From assembly GCA_964057225.1 (NCBI GenBank), contig OZ059898.1, positions 9,176,001-9,240,000 on the forward strand: a stretch of DNA of 64,000 nucleotides, read 5' to 3'. Under the pieces are notes generated by a model. That model did no database searches, was not told where the DNA came from, and saw only the letters and a list, made by a program, of their open reading frames with translations. Positions 12,096 to 24,731 of this stretch are shown piece by piece. A program made the translations under genes and the position numbers. How positions within the stretch are numbered: the first letter of the stretch is position 1; the number at the start of each line of letters is the position of its first letter. The DNA comes from Auanema rhodensis (taxonomy: Eukaryota; Animalia; Nematoda).

Positions 12096-15000
12096 TTAAG
12101 TATCATACTCATCATCTACGGTTGATTGCTGATTACACATGGACTGTGCTGTCTCTTCTTGCATTCGAAGTTGTTGCATTGCGGCAGCTTCTTGTTCTTC
12201 ACGAGCCTTAAAAAATCTTTGTGAAATAATTGATATGTTGAGAGAAAAATGTGTATTTTAGTTCCATATACGACAGTATAAATACATTTGGTAAGCAAGG
12301 AAATGTATTGTTTATAGTCAAAAATATGATATACATCATCTATAATCGTGTATAGTATAAAATAAAAAATTCCGAGCAATCATACAAATTCAATTTATAG
12401 CGGAATAAAGAAAATCTGAAAGATATTGAGTTGTAAAAGAAATTTTGAATTAATAATAGGCCAAATGATCTATTAGATCACATGAAAAGCGATTTCGTTT
12501 GTATGAAAGCAAACCTTTTTAAATCACAAAACCATGGCCCTTGCTTTTGCCCACCCAACTTTCAACTATATAATAAATTGCCACAACCTTAAGTTATTTA
12601 GGTGTTGTGCACAAATCCATTGGCTATATTGAGAGCTCTACAATTCTACTCTAATGCAAGGCTTCTCTTCAATATTTCATCACATAATTGCCGTACTTAT
12701 CTAGCAGAGACATTAACTTTTTCTCTTTTTCAACTTCTCCTTCCATCCTTATGTAGGAAAGTTGTCTTTATAAAATTTCAAACATTCTTCTAAAAAAATA
12801 TATTTGTAATCTTATTCTTCTTTAATTTCATGAAATATGTTTCTCTTAAACGCATGCACCAGATGTTATGACACCATGTAGAAAATGTATTGCTCAAATT
12901 CAGCTAAATTATCTACTTGTTTTTTGAAACAAAAACAGAAAATCAAAAAAAAAGAAAGAAGACTTATTTTGGTTGGTCAATTGGCTAGCATTAATCGACA
13001 TCACCAGAAAGAGAAAAGATGATCTGAGCAGAGACCACAGCTCAGAGCAAGTCCGCACTTTATTCCTTCTTTGCATTAAGTAATGGCTAATGTGTTCTGC
13101 TTCTTCCGACTTTGAGAATCTTTCAGAGATCTCTATGATGCGTCGAAGCCGTTCTTGAAGACAACGTCAGTAGTCAACTAACTATATATATATATATATA
13201 TATATGAAAAGTTCTCTTTTCTTTACCCATTTCTTTTCTCTATTCTACTTTTCCTCGGCAGCAACAGCCTTTAAAAACTAAAGGATTTACACTGACATTT
13301 CTGTAATCTCGAGAAAACAGAACAACAACAGGGCACTGTTCATGACATGTGACTTACACTGCAACGTTAATCATAATATGAAAAATAAGAAAAATACTAC
13401 ATGGCATCCAAAAATGCGTCGTTCCTATTCTTCGTATGAGCAAGCAATCTACGTCCTAAATCCCGCCCTCATTCATAGTCAAATTTTTACGTGAATTTCA
13501 CGTCGCTTTGCATTTTTTATTTTACGCCTTCACGAAACGGTTGATTTCGTATCCTATCGCTCCATTTCAGTCTTATAGCAATAATAGTTCTTTTTTCTAT
13601 CACACGTTTTCTTGCTGATGCTTTTATCTCTAAGTGTCGCTGATTTTAAACTATGTATTTGAACTAACATCATATTTCAAACATACTTCAATACTTACAA
13701 CACGTTAAAAATACCCGTTTTCCTTTAAAAAAAAACAAAAATAAAAAAATTAATAATTATAAACAAAAATATGAAAGAGATCGCTTACATCTTACTAACA
13801 TATACTTAAGTTTAGCATGAAATACCGAATACTTTTTCTTGTCAGTTGTCTTCGCCATAGCCTAGTTCACGATAATAGGAGAATGCGTAAAAATATTTGC
13901 TATGTAATAAACAAAAAAGGATTATATTCACAGCCATAATCCGTATGATTTTGCCAAGGCTGTTGCCGAAAATGACCTCATAATTTTTTACAAGCATACC
14001 CATTCTTCATCATAGATGTTTTTTCAAGACTCCGCGGAGAAAAAAAAGCTTTTTTTCAACAAGTTCGCAAGTCACTCTCTAACTTTTCATTTCACATAAA
14101 TTTAGTGCCTTTATCCTTGGGCATGTGCAAAATACGGCGAATTTTGTGATCTTCCGATTTTTGAAATAGGCACAGCCGAAAAATGCATCCGTAGATAGCA
14201 AGAAAAAGTATTGTAGAAAAAATGTTCAATCTCCCTTCTTGTATAGTCTCACCTTTTTTCTTAGCATACTTCTTTTTCTCTGATTCTATTATGTCTCTCT
14301 TATCTCTCAGTCTTCTTCGTCGCTCCCTCTTTAGGCCCATTCTAATTGTCAATTATAATATTTACCTCTTTCGCTTCTCTCTTATTTATTTGTATTGTAT
14401 TCAAATCTTATAAGCATATCTTCCTTCAGCCTAACAAACTTTTCTTGTTTTTTTTGCTTGCTGTTGAAGGCCAGCAGCTGACACCTTTCTAAATTCACAT
14501 ATCCTATGTTTCTTTCCTTAAGCCTAGTCCATTATTTCACTCATTCGAATAAAACAACTGAATTATCTTAAAATATTTTAATTTTTTTTCACATATATGT
14601 ATATACTTTCTCTCATTACATATTTGAAAACTCTCGAATTATTATCTTTTCAGTGTATTTGTACTTGTCTTCTGATTCGCATCATAACGTGATTGTCTTA
14701 TGACCCAAATATAGCAAAGCAATAATGATCAAAATATGAGCAAAGTTTCATAAAATGTTTCTCATTCTCAAAACCTTTTGCACAATTTTTTTCATTTTTC
14801 TATTCAGAAAATCTGTAAGACAAAAATATTGTTCTATTAATATTATTTGCAAATGATCATTAGCTCTGATTCCATAATTTCAATGAAGCAATAACGGAAC
14901 TGTAGTACAAATATTAGTAAAAGTGTTAAAGTGCGCTCTGAAGTTTCAAAAAACGGCGGAGAAGTTATGTAGTTTGTTACTTTTATGGGGAGCTAACATC

Positions 15001-18000
15001 TTCAATCCAATGTATCTTGAAACAGTGGCTTTCTTCTCACCACTTTCACGCCTTCCTCCTTTCTCTTTTTCCCAGCCCCATCCCATTTTGTTAAAATCTA
15101 CGAACAAAGCTTTGGGTGATGCAGATAACGAAAACGGAATTCCGAACATAGAAGATTGGAATTTGAGCTGCAACTGGCATCATCTATTTCTTCTTCTCAC
15201 CTAATTCAGTTTTTATCGAAATAATTTGTTTTTTTGTGATAGTTATATTCAAAAAAAATGTTCTCTTAAATGCAAAATAAGCTAGCAGAAAAACGAATTG
15301 TTCAAGATCACAACGCTTTTTGAATATTTGTTTATTTTCTCTGAAAAGGAAAACATTGAAAAACACGGCTGACCAGATTTGTTCGACCTTATCAGTTACA
15401 AGAGAACCAAAAAGCGGACTGTAGGCTTTATGTCTTCCGCAAATATTTGAAAGAATGTTTCAATTGGTCGCACTTAATATCTGCGTATTCGCAACTTTTC
15501 CGTTTTTTGGTCTCATCACATCGACCAAAAAAGTTAGCTCGAACATTTCAGCTAGCTTTCTCCAAGATTAAATGAAGCTGTTTTGCTCACTAATAATATG
15601 CGTTTTTGATATTTTCGAACAAAAACATTATTAGCTAACTGCTGTGGACGAAATACTGATCGATGGTAATTTTCCATAAAATATTGGTGAAAATGAGTCA
15701 AAAGAGTAGCAAAGATAGGGCCAAACACTTGACAGAAATAAATTCCATACTGAAGGACATGATTTCGACAGAAGCCCCCACAAAACTGAGTAAAATGCTT
15801 TTTTCCCAGCAATGAAATGCTACACAAAAAAGAAGAAAAAACTATGCGAGAGAGGAAATCATGTAAATCTGGTGACAAACACGAAATCTATCCATCAAAA
15901 TTTGATGACTAGTTGAATGAAGGGAGGGATATAAAGCTGTGCTTGTCATTGAAACATCTTTTCTACTCAAAACTATGTGAATACCAAAAAAAATACTGAG
16001 AAAGTACAAAAGCTTAGATTTAGAACAGAATATGAAGAATGTTGACGACTTCATATTATACTAGGGAAAATGCCATCTATTTCCCTTATATAAGAAAATT
16101 TGAATATTTCCTTTTTGATTCAGGAAATGAAGCCAGATTGGTTGTTATCTTCTTGCTATAAAATATTATAATAAGTCCTTCTTAGGCACACTAATCAAGG
16201 TATAAAAAACAAATACTCTTTGAAATATTGGTTTAAAAAACAAATAATCACACTTTTTAGAAAGAAAGGATGAAAAAAAAGTTCGTCAAGTTTCAAACAA
16301 TATCTAAAAATGTCATTTATTTGTTATCAAAAATGTATCCCATCCACTCAAACTTTCTACTTTCTAAAACATTTTCTTTAGATTAGAAATCTTGAAATTC
16401 TGTGTCCCTTTTTGCATATCTTGTGCTTAATGTTCTGAAGAATTCAAATTGCTCACATTTCGCTAAGAAGTGCATATTAAGAAATATTTCACTCATAAGA
16501 GTCCAACACATTCTTTAACCTCCACTTTTAAGAAGACGATGAAATAAATGAATTGTTCTCATCAAGTCAAGGGTAATAACTTGTCTCTAATCGGAACAGA
16601 ATCCTAAAACAACTTTGGTCAGAAATGCCAAAGCTTTATAGATATTCAACAGCTTTCTTCATCATTTCTCAAAATAAAAGTATCGAGACGTTTAATTTTC
16701 GAACCATTTGCAATAAACTATGAAAGAAGCCTTTCTATTTACGTCATAAAGTAGGAGAACGACATCTTTCTTTCTCTTTATTTCTCTTTCTCTCAAAGTT
16801 AGTGTCTTATAATATTATGAACTTCGAGAAAACATTTCCAACATTACCAAATAGAGAACAGATCAGGCGCAAACAACTAAAATGGACGAAATTTACCATA
16901 AAAACTTAGCGAAACAATAATTTTCCCAATTAATACATATAAAATATGTTGTTTGCTCTTAAAAATCTCAGCTCATTCATTTTCAGTATGTTTCTTTATG
17001 TCTTTCGCACTCTGTTTCTCTCTCTTTGGCGGTTTTCTTCCTTTCCTTAGCCTCTTTCATCTCTTCAAACTAGTGAACTCCCGGGGAATAATTCTAGGCT
17101 GTGACTCCCTCAGTATTTCACCCACTCTTTCTATTTTCTTTTCTTCTTCTCAACCAGATGCACGCGTTAGGATAACTAAATTTACAGAGTACCTATGAAT
17201 TTTGGATAAAGTCTATGCACGGATTGGGTCAAATCATTTCCAGCTTTATAGTAGGATGCATAGCTTTTTATAAAATCGGTTAACTACAACAATATAAGCT
17301 GTTATTCTTTTATTCAACAAACTATAACTTTTCGTCAATCAGTTCAAACTTTATGTATTATGCACTTATATCGTATTTTCATTTTGTCTTGACACTTTCA
17401 TGAAATTAGTTCTTTTGGGTTATTTATGCTATACATCTACTTTGGAACACTTGGTTTTCAACATAGAAAACCGTGTTTACGATCAAAAAATCGAGGGCTA
17501 AAAGTGTGTCGACTATCAAAAATAACATCCGCAATAATTGATTGCAAAATTGGAAATATATTGCTGCCGAGTAAATAGCTTAGAGTTGAATATAAGAACT
17601 TTTGTATTGATACTATTATGTTTTGCGCAGCCAAAAGCAAATAAAGCTAACGTTACCTTCTGAATTAGTAGCTGTTGCATTTGATAAAGCTCTTCTTCTG
17701 GAATTCCACATTTGTCCAACCTTGAATTTTTTCTTTTCAATCTTTTTTCAGCAGCCATCTGAAATTAGAATTAGAATTAACTATGTTATTACTTTTATTG
17801 CTTACTTTGCATTCTCCCAGAACGCTATCAGCAGCTTCAACATAATCGGGAGGGAAGTTTAAATTTTGTAAAGCTGAAATTTAAATAATTTTAACAAAAA
17901 ACTTAGGCATTTCATAATATTATTTATCATATTATTCTTATTCAATATTTCAACTACATATTAAACTTATAACGTGCTCAATTGTCTCAAACTTTTTAAA

Positions 18001-19391
18001 TTTATCAATAAATTTGTAATCATACCAGTTCAGTACTAAAAAATAAGAATGACTACAAAGAATAATATTTTCGGTGAAAAAATAGACATCATTAAGCGAT
18101 AAGTATTGAGAGCCACTAATCCGATCCACGCTCAAAATTCATCCCACATCTGGCAGAACTTTTTTGAGCTACTATATTTATTTGTTATAGTCTGATCTTA
18201 ACTTTATTTCTGATAGCCTAGTGTACATACGTCAATTTAATATTATTGTTTTACTTATATATTGAAGATATTCGATTCATATATGAATTCTGCCAACAAC
18301 TTTTCGTATCTTAATGGTTGATTGTTCTAAATTCAGAAAAATAATCATTACTATAGTTATGATATACTGAAATAAATAACAATGTATTTTCGCTTCAATT
18401 CACTTTACAAATGCTGAAAAAGAAAACCAACTGTTTTCGTAAACTTATCTCAGAAAGAGGATCTACAGCATTTTTTCATATTATTTTAAAATGGCATTGA
18501 ACCAGAACACTTAAATTTAGCACATGAAAGAGCATACGTGACCCCTCACGTAACAATTGACATGTTAGACTTATTTTTAGTATCTTAGGAAGGAAAAGAA
18601 CGGAAATGAATGAGAAGATAGTATGATATGGCTTAAAAAGAAATAGAGAGAAAGGATAAAAGTCAATATCGCACCATGAAGCTAGACAACTCTTTATCTG
18701 TCTTCATTGATGCCTTTCGTTTAATTTAATGTCCTCACACAAAATATTAAAGCCACCTCCCTCCTTTTTCACATTTTAGAAGCATGCAAACCACACCGTA
18801 TATAATAAACTCTTATCTTATGTTTTTAGCTTTATTCCACATTGTTTTTTAATATATATATTTAAATATATATATATATATATATATATATTTGAATATA
18901 AAATATATTAAAATCCGTGTGTTTACTCTCCCTCTTTGGAGATGTTTTAAAACAAAACTTTAAATTTCATCAAGATGACTGCTGACAGCAGAATTGAGTC
19001 CACTAACCATAGCCTTTTATTCGTTTTCTCTCAAAGCCACCCCTTCCCAAGAAGCTGGTCAACTCACTTCCGTATAGCATATCGTGTTCAGTTTGTTTTT
19101 GTACAGATATCCTAATAAAACTATAACCAACCTTTTTGTACATGCTCATGATAAATTGTTTTTCGATGATCGTTTCCACTGATTTTTTGAGCTTCACTAG
19201 CAACGTGTCTCACGAATTCCACACAAACGGCGTTAAATAGTTCTCTGGAGTCGTTTGCAATTCTCATTTCGGGAATCGCATCCTGATCAAATTATATTAT
19301 AATTTTGCTTCGCCAAATTTAAACGATTTCGCACCTTTATAATCATGTTCAATCCTTTTTGGGGTAAGCCAACCTCATTATCATCATCCAT
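12096..19391 (-). CDS. dro-1: Dr1 / NC2beta (negative cofactor 2 beta, histone-fold), 162 aa, 5 exons
   Basis: Exons are 19391-19335 (MDDDNEVGLPQKGLNMIIK), 19282-19132 (DAIPEMRIANDSRELFNAVCVEFVRHVASEAQKISGNDHRKTIYHEHVQK), 17873-17806 (ALQNLNFPPDYVEAADSVLGECK), 17758-17657 (MAAEKRLKRKNSRLDKCGIPEEELYQMQQLLIQK) and 12206-12096 (AREEQEAAAMQQLRMQEETAQSMCNQQSTVDDEYDT*). All phases are compatible. The protein is collinear with Dr1 motifs (RVAND.RE, KTI..EHV, SRL...GIPEEEL, acidic tail). TTTTCAG lies 3 nt before the ATG. Confidence 0.9.
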
Positions 19392-20242
19392 TATCTGAAA
19401 AAGTATTCTTCAGTTGAAAATTTAAAAATTATATGTTGCTATATTTATAATTTTTATGGATTCTTTTGTATATACTTGTACTGTCTTCAATAATTAGACA
19501 TCCGAAAAATTGATATGTACAAAAGAATGTTCTTTTGATCTTAGAGGAATTATCCGTTACAATAACTTCTTGAAAGCCTAATGATAATAGACTGATACCG
19601 AAACATGGTGTCAAACTATAAATCTAATTGCTAATTTGAAGAGCATAATATCCCCCATTTAAGAAAACAACGATATATGCTCACATTCATATTGATCGGA
19701 AACAGAATAACTTAGATTGAGAGCAAGAAAAGTCCATGATTTAAATGTGATTAAGACTTAGCTATGGGAGAGACCAAGGACAAAAGTTGGTTTTCCTCAC
19801 TTCTAACCCGTTTTCATTATTATACTTCAATACAGTAAGATTGGAACAAGTCAGTCAGATAAGTTACTAAATGCAGCTAACGAGCTCTTCGACATCCTTT
19901 TCCGGAGCCAGTCTAAACTTTGCTTCCGCCAGCTCTTTTCAACACGCTATATCATAGAGCTAATGTCTTTTCGGCTTTTTCAATTCAAATAACTTAGTGA
20001 TACTTCATTCTTTCACTTTTGCTCCAGAGCCAAGTTTAAACTAACCAGAACTATCATCATCGTCATCAGCATTATCCAAAAACTCATCGCTCAAAATTAC
20101 CTCATTCCCCATTGAATCGGCAGTACGCTGTTTTTTCTTGAAAACCGCTATTCCCCTATGCCTTATAACTTTTAAATAGATCTTGATCTCAATGCTATCT
20201 TTCCTTCTTTTTTTTTCATTTAAACAATATTTTAATTTTCAG

Positions 20243-21858
20243 ATGAATAACACACAGCCGCCAGCTCCTCCGAGCGGTGCGGCTACAGTGGCAACTATAG
20301 CCTATTGTTATGTTTTGCCAATAGTTTGCTTCCTCGGAATTATAGGAAATATCACAAATCTATTTGTTTTAGGTAATGTCTTAATATCTATGGCTCAAAA
20401 TTGCGTAGTTTCAGCTAGTCGCCGACTACGAGCTGTCTCCTACATGTATCTCAGAGCATTAGCAGTAGCTGACTTACTGTGCATGATATCAGCATTAATA
20501 TTCACTTCAACAGAATTCTTAAAGAAAAACGGAGTTCCTATCAATCAATACAAACTTTTTGAATTTTATCAAACACACTTCATGCTCACTGTCATAAATT
20601 GGGCTCTAGGGGCTGGAGTTTTCGTCGTAGTGGCTTTGTCATTAGAACGATATATATCCATTGTCTTCCCAATGCATTTTCGAACCTGGAATTCTCCCCA
20701 GAGAGCAACAAAGTCCATTGCGATAGCATATGCAGTACCAGCTTTGTTGTATATACCGTATGCTATCACAAGATACAAAAGTGTGGCAAAATGGGATCAC
20801 CACATAAATGCTACCGTTTATACATTAGATGATCATGAAATCTATAGAACATTAGAATGGCAGGTAAGACAAAAATTAAAAAATCATTTATTGAGGATAT
20901 TCCCACTCAATTCCAGGTATACAAATGGACTCGAGAAACTATTTTGAGATTTTTACCTATTATTATATTGGCTGTTCTCAATATTCAAATTATGATTGCT
21001 TTTCGGAAACGACAGAAAATGTTTCATCAGTTAACAAACAGGAAAGAACAGGGCACCCACAAGGTATTTTATGAATTTTATCTATGCTTATCTTTGATTA
21101 TTTAAGGATGATACCCTGATGTACATGTTAGGAGGTACAGTAATCATGTCCTTAATTTGTAATATCCCGGCAGCTATAAATTTGCTTTTAATAGATGAGG
21201 TAAATATTGATAAATCTATTTTTCTCAAAAAAATATTTTCAGACATTGAAAAAACGTCTTGATTATCAAATTTTTCGAGCTGTTGCAAACATCTTAGAAA
21301 TTACTAACCATGCTTCTCAATTTTATGTTTTTTGTGCTTGCTCAACAGACTATCGGACGACATTCCTTCAAAAATTCCCGTGCTTTAAGAAAACTTATGC
21401 TAATAGAGCAAGGTGATCAATCCAAAAAAATATTTCAAGCTCAAACTTGAAATTTTAGATTGCGATCATTCGTTAAACGCACACAATCTGTTATACAAAA
21501 AGAAAAAAACAGCCGGGAACAACAAAACTCGAGTCCACAGGTTAGTTCAACCTGACGAGCACCCAGAATACGCACATCTACACTTTTCTCTCCCGATCTT
21601 TCCCTCTTTAATCCCGGCAGCTCTTGTGCTCTTAACATTGCTCACAATCAAAGCTTATTGTTCCAGAGGATCGAATCGAGGACACACTCGGTCCAATCCC
21701 AACCATCAAAGCATAGTGCCATAGAACCAGATACAGTTGATGTGCATATCGCCTCAGGGGAAGAAAGTATCAGCGACATCAAGGAGTCCGACTCCTTGAT
21801 AAAATACAGAGCAGTGGCTAAACTAACTACTGAAATTAACGGGAGTACTTTCTTATAA
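20243..21858 (+). CDS. Rhodopsin-class GPCR, FMRFamide/neuropeptide-receptor-like
   Basis: The ATG directly follows TTTTCAG. Motifs include TM1 GIIGNITN, TM2 YLRALAVADL, TM3 LSLERYISIVFP, TM5 FLPIIIL..LNIQI, TM6 ICNIP and TM7 NHASQFYVFC. Short GT-AG introns are present and the protein ends INGSTFL*. Confidence 0.9.
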
Positions 21859-22447
21859 AACGCATTTTGTTTGTCAAAATAATCATTTTATTTCTTTGAT
21901 TTAAACAGCATATGCTGTTTTTCCTTAGGCATTGTTCTTAATCATAGGGCTTGGTATAACCAGTATGGGTATTATTGCAACAACTTTGTTCACATTATCT
22001 AACATGAAAAATTGTTCCACTCGTTGCCTCGTATTTGTAAATATTTAAGTGATATATAACTATCACTTAATTTATATAATCTTTAGTAATAAAGCTTATT
22101 AAACTTACATTTTATTAGTTTTTTGTTTGGTGTTCCACGCAATATTCCACTTATTGTCTTCAAGAACTATTAAAGATTTTAAGCCTCGTCTACCTTCATT
22201 AATGAGATAAGTAAACGACAATATTTTCAAAAAATATTCAGCGACATTGGACGCCTAGTATATACTACTTTCAACAACCCCGTAAAAAAATTTATTATGT
22301 ATTATGAACATTAAAAGTTGGTGCAAACCCAACATATTCACGCACATTAATTACAAAAATAGAAATCTAAGCGTTTTCAACAAATATATTCTATGAACAA
22401 TGTGACGTTAGTATCAACTTCTCTGAAATTTTTCTATAGGTAGAACT

Positions 22448-24549
22448 TTATATCCAATTTAAAGGCAAAGATAGCCTGCCATCACTCATAACGAAAATAT
22501 TTGGATTCAAGGAAAATTTCACTCCTAAGCCGGTAATCAGTTCACGTATCGTGTGATTAACATCTCGGAGCCTTCGTATTGAATTCAGAACATCCGTCAA
22601 TGATAAGGCACTTTCCCAGTCAAGAGAACTTAAACCTAATTCCCTTACACAGTCATCTTTATCTGTTTCTATTTCTGCCTGCAAATTAAAAAATATGGAA
22701 TATCCGGAAACTGGAAAATATACTTTTAAGCGATTCATGCTTTTATTTATCTCAGCAGCATTTTCTGAATTTTCTCTGAGAAAAGTTAAGAAAAAACCTA
22801 TATCAACATTACAAGGAACAAACAACCGACCATCGACACCAACAGCTAGCTCATCATACGAAGTTGTAACCTGATTTTTAAATATATATTTTTAAATGCA
22901 TTTAAGAAGTGTCCTTACTTCGATCATTGTATCTGCACCATGTTTTGAAAGGTCAGCGTGCAAATGTTCCCGACTTTTTATTCTTAAAATAGAAAAAAAA
23001 GAAAGGTGAAAAGAGAAAATAAGTAATAACCTTGTTATTAAATTTTCGATTTGCTGTAGAGTTTGCGATAAACACTTTTGATGCTGTAAAATAATTAAGG
23101 CCCCTCCCAAATATTCTCGTAGCCTTGCTGCAGCATTTTGTAAATCTGTAAGTTGAGCTCTTCGGAGCGAAGCTTCGAGACAAATCTAAGAGCTTCATCT
23201 AATAAGAAATATCTATAATGAAAATGCTTACTTGTTCCCACTGCTCAGGTACATGGTCAGCTCCAAATTGTATTGATCCATCACAACAAATGAATGATCC
23301 CCTGCCAAATCTAATTAAAATAGCTGGTTACAAGATGAAATAGCTGTAAAATACCTTAAAACTGTTTTATATAAAGCATTCATAATACATTCTCTGCTGT
23401 GCTCATTAGATTGATCTATTAAGCGATGAACATTGCCTAAGCAACGTCGCATGTGGGATTCAGCCCAGTCCATGTGCCAAACAATCTAATAGGATAAAAC
23501 ATCAAATATCAGCTATTCGAAATATCCTAATATTGCCACTTTATTTTGATTCAATCGTGAATACATCTCTTTCACACAAACCCGCCATTTTAGTTATTTC
23601 ATCAACAAGAATCAATAAACTGGTTGGATATGTTGTTTTGGAAAATACAATACACAAGTGGCATAATGGTAAAGAAAACATACATTTTTAGCTCCTATTC
23701 TCCATTTCAAATCATCAATTTCATCCTTCAACGTAATTTTCGTAACCCTATTTTGAATAATGAAAGATCAATGAAAGTTGAAAACTTACTCAGCTTCTTT
23801 GGATTTTTGAATAGCTTCGGTACGAGTATGGGTCAAAGCATTTTGTAAATCATTTCCTTTTGGGCCCTTACGTTTTTTCTGTAAATACCTGAAACAAGTG
23901 TTGGTTGGGAGTGTTGGGGAACATAGCAACTTAATACGTACATATGTAAGAGATCTTGATCTATACCAGAAGTACGAACACCAGGGCCAAACCCATGATC
24001 TTGACTAGTTTTACTTTTATTGGGAAGGTGAGCTAATTCGGGTAAATGAGTAGTACTAAGATTACAACGTTCTAATGCATGCCTAAAGGACGAATTTGTC
24101 TTAATCTGAAATTATATCTGACCTAGCTATTCTAACTGGATCTGTTCCACTAAGATTAATTTGAATACTTTGTAAGTTTCTTGTATGCTTATCTATAATA
24201 GAGAATTGAACTTTTGTAGGTCTGATATTGGCCGATACAGGAAACAGATCACTGATATAACCATTAAAAATCTAAAAATAGAAATATTCTAAAAAAAGAA
24301 AAACGAGATTATAAACCTGCAATGATTTTTCATTTTGTTGCTGAACGCTGGGATTGTTAGCAAACCTATCAGGATGAACTTCAAATATAAATGGTCGCAA
24401 TGCTACCTTAAGCTAATTGTAAGACTCAATAGTTATCATAAAAAAAGCAAATTACTTACCGAAATTTCATTTAATGACAAAGATCGAAGAGAGAGAGCTA
24501 ACAATTCTCTGGTCTTTAAAAGGCGTAAGTTCATAAGACTGAGTGGCAT
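22448..24549 (-). CDS. TCAIM-like (T-cell activation inhibitor, mitochondrial; DUF4460/DUF4461)
   Basis: A basic, mitochondrial-targeting-like N-terminus ([25 protein letters not shown]) is followed by [30 protein letters not shown], which matches the DUF4460 ALRPF..VHPD signature. The C-terminus is ...[13 protein letters not shown]. Confidence 0.82.
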
Positions 24550-24550
24550 T

Positions 24551-24645
24551 CTTGTAAAACAAGTTGATAAAAAGAGACAAAAATAAGTAAACGGCTTCAG
24601 ACCGGCACGTGTGAAGATAAGATTGATAAGATTCAACAATTTATT
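24551..24645 (-). promoter_or_regulatory. Operon-type intercistronic signals: AATAAA, Ur element (stem-loop plus UAYYUU) and trans-splice acceptor
   Basis: On the minus strand, AATAAA is at 24645-24640 and the CGGT-ctgaa-GCCG stem-loop at 24604-24592, followed by TACTTATTTT. The acceptor TTTTACAAG ends at 24551, 1 nt before the TCAIM ATG. Confidence 0.7.
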
Positions 24646-24731
24646 TGGTGTACCCGAATGAAAATAAAACGTACACAAGTTGACAAGTTAATGCATCATT
24701 GTCTAAGAAAACGTCTGGCAAAATTACAAAA

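Noticed and set aside
14515-14530. TAAGCCTA (also AAGCCTAAG at about 63743 and TTAGACTTA at about 18565) as a telomerase template or telomeric seed
   Set aside because: Isolated 8-9-mers are expected by chance. No pseudoknot plus H/ACA architecture was found around them, and no telomeric arrays are present.
15018-15025. piRNA Ruby motif CTGTTTCA on the minus strand (also near 57442 and 57577)
   Set aside because: Only a few scattered copies, so no cluster.
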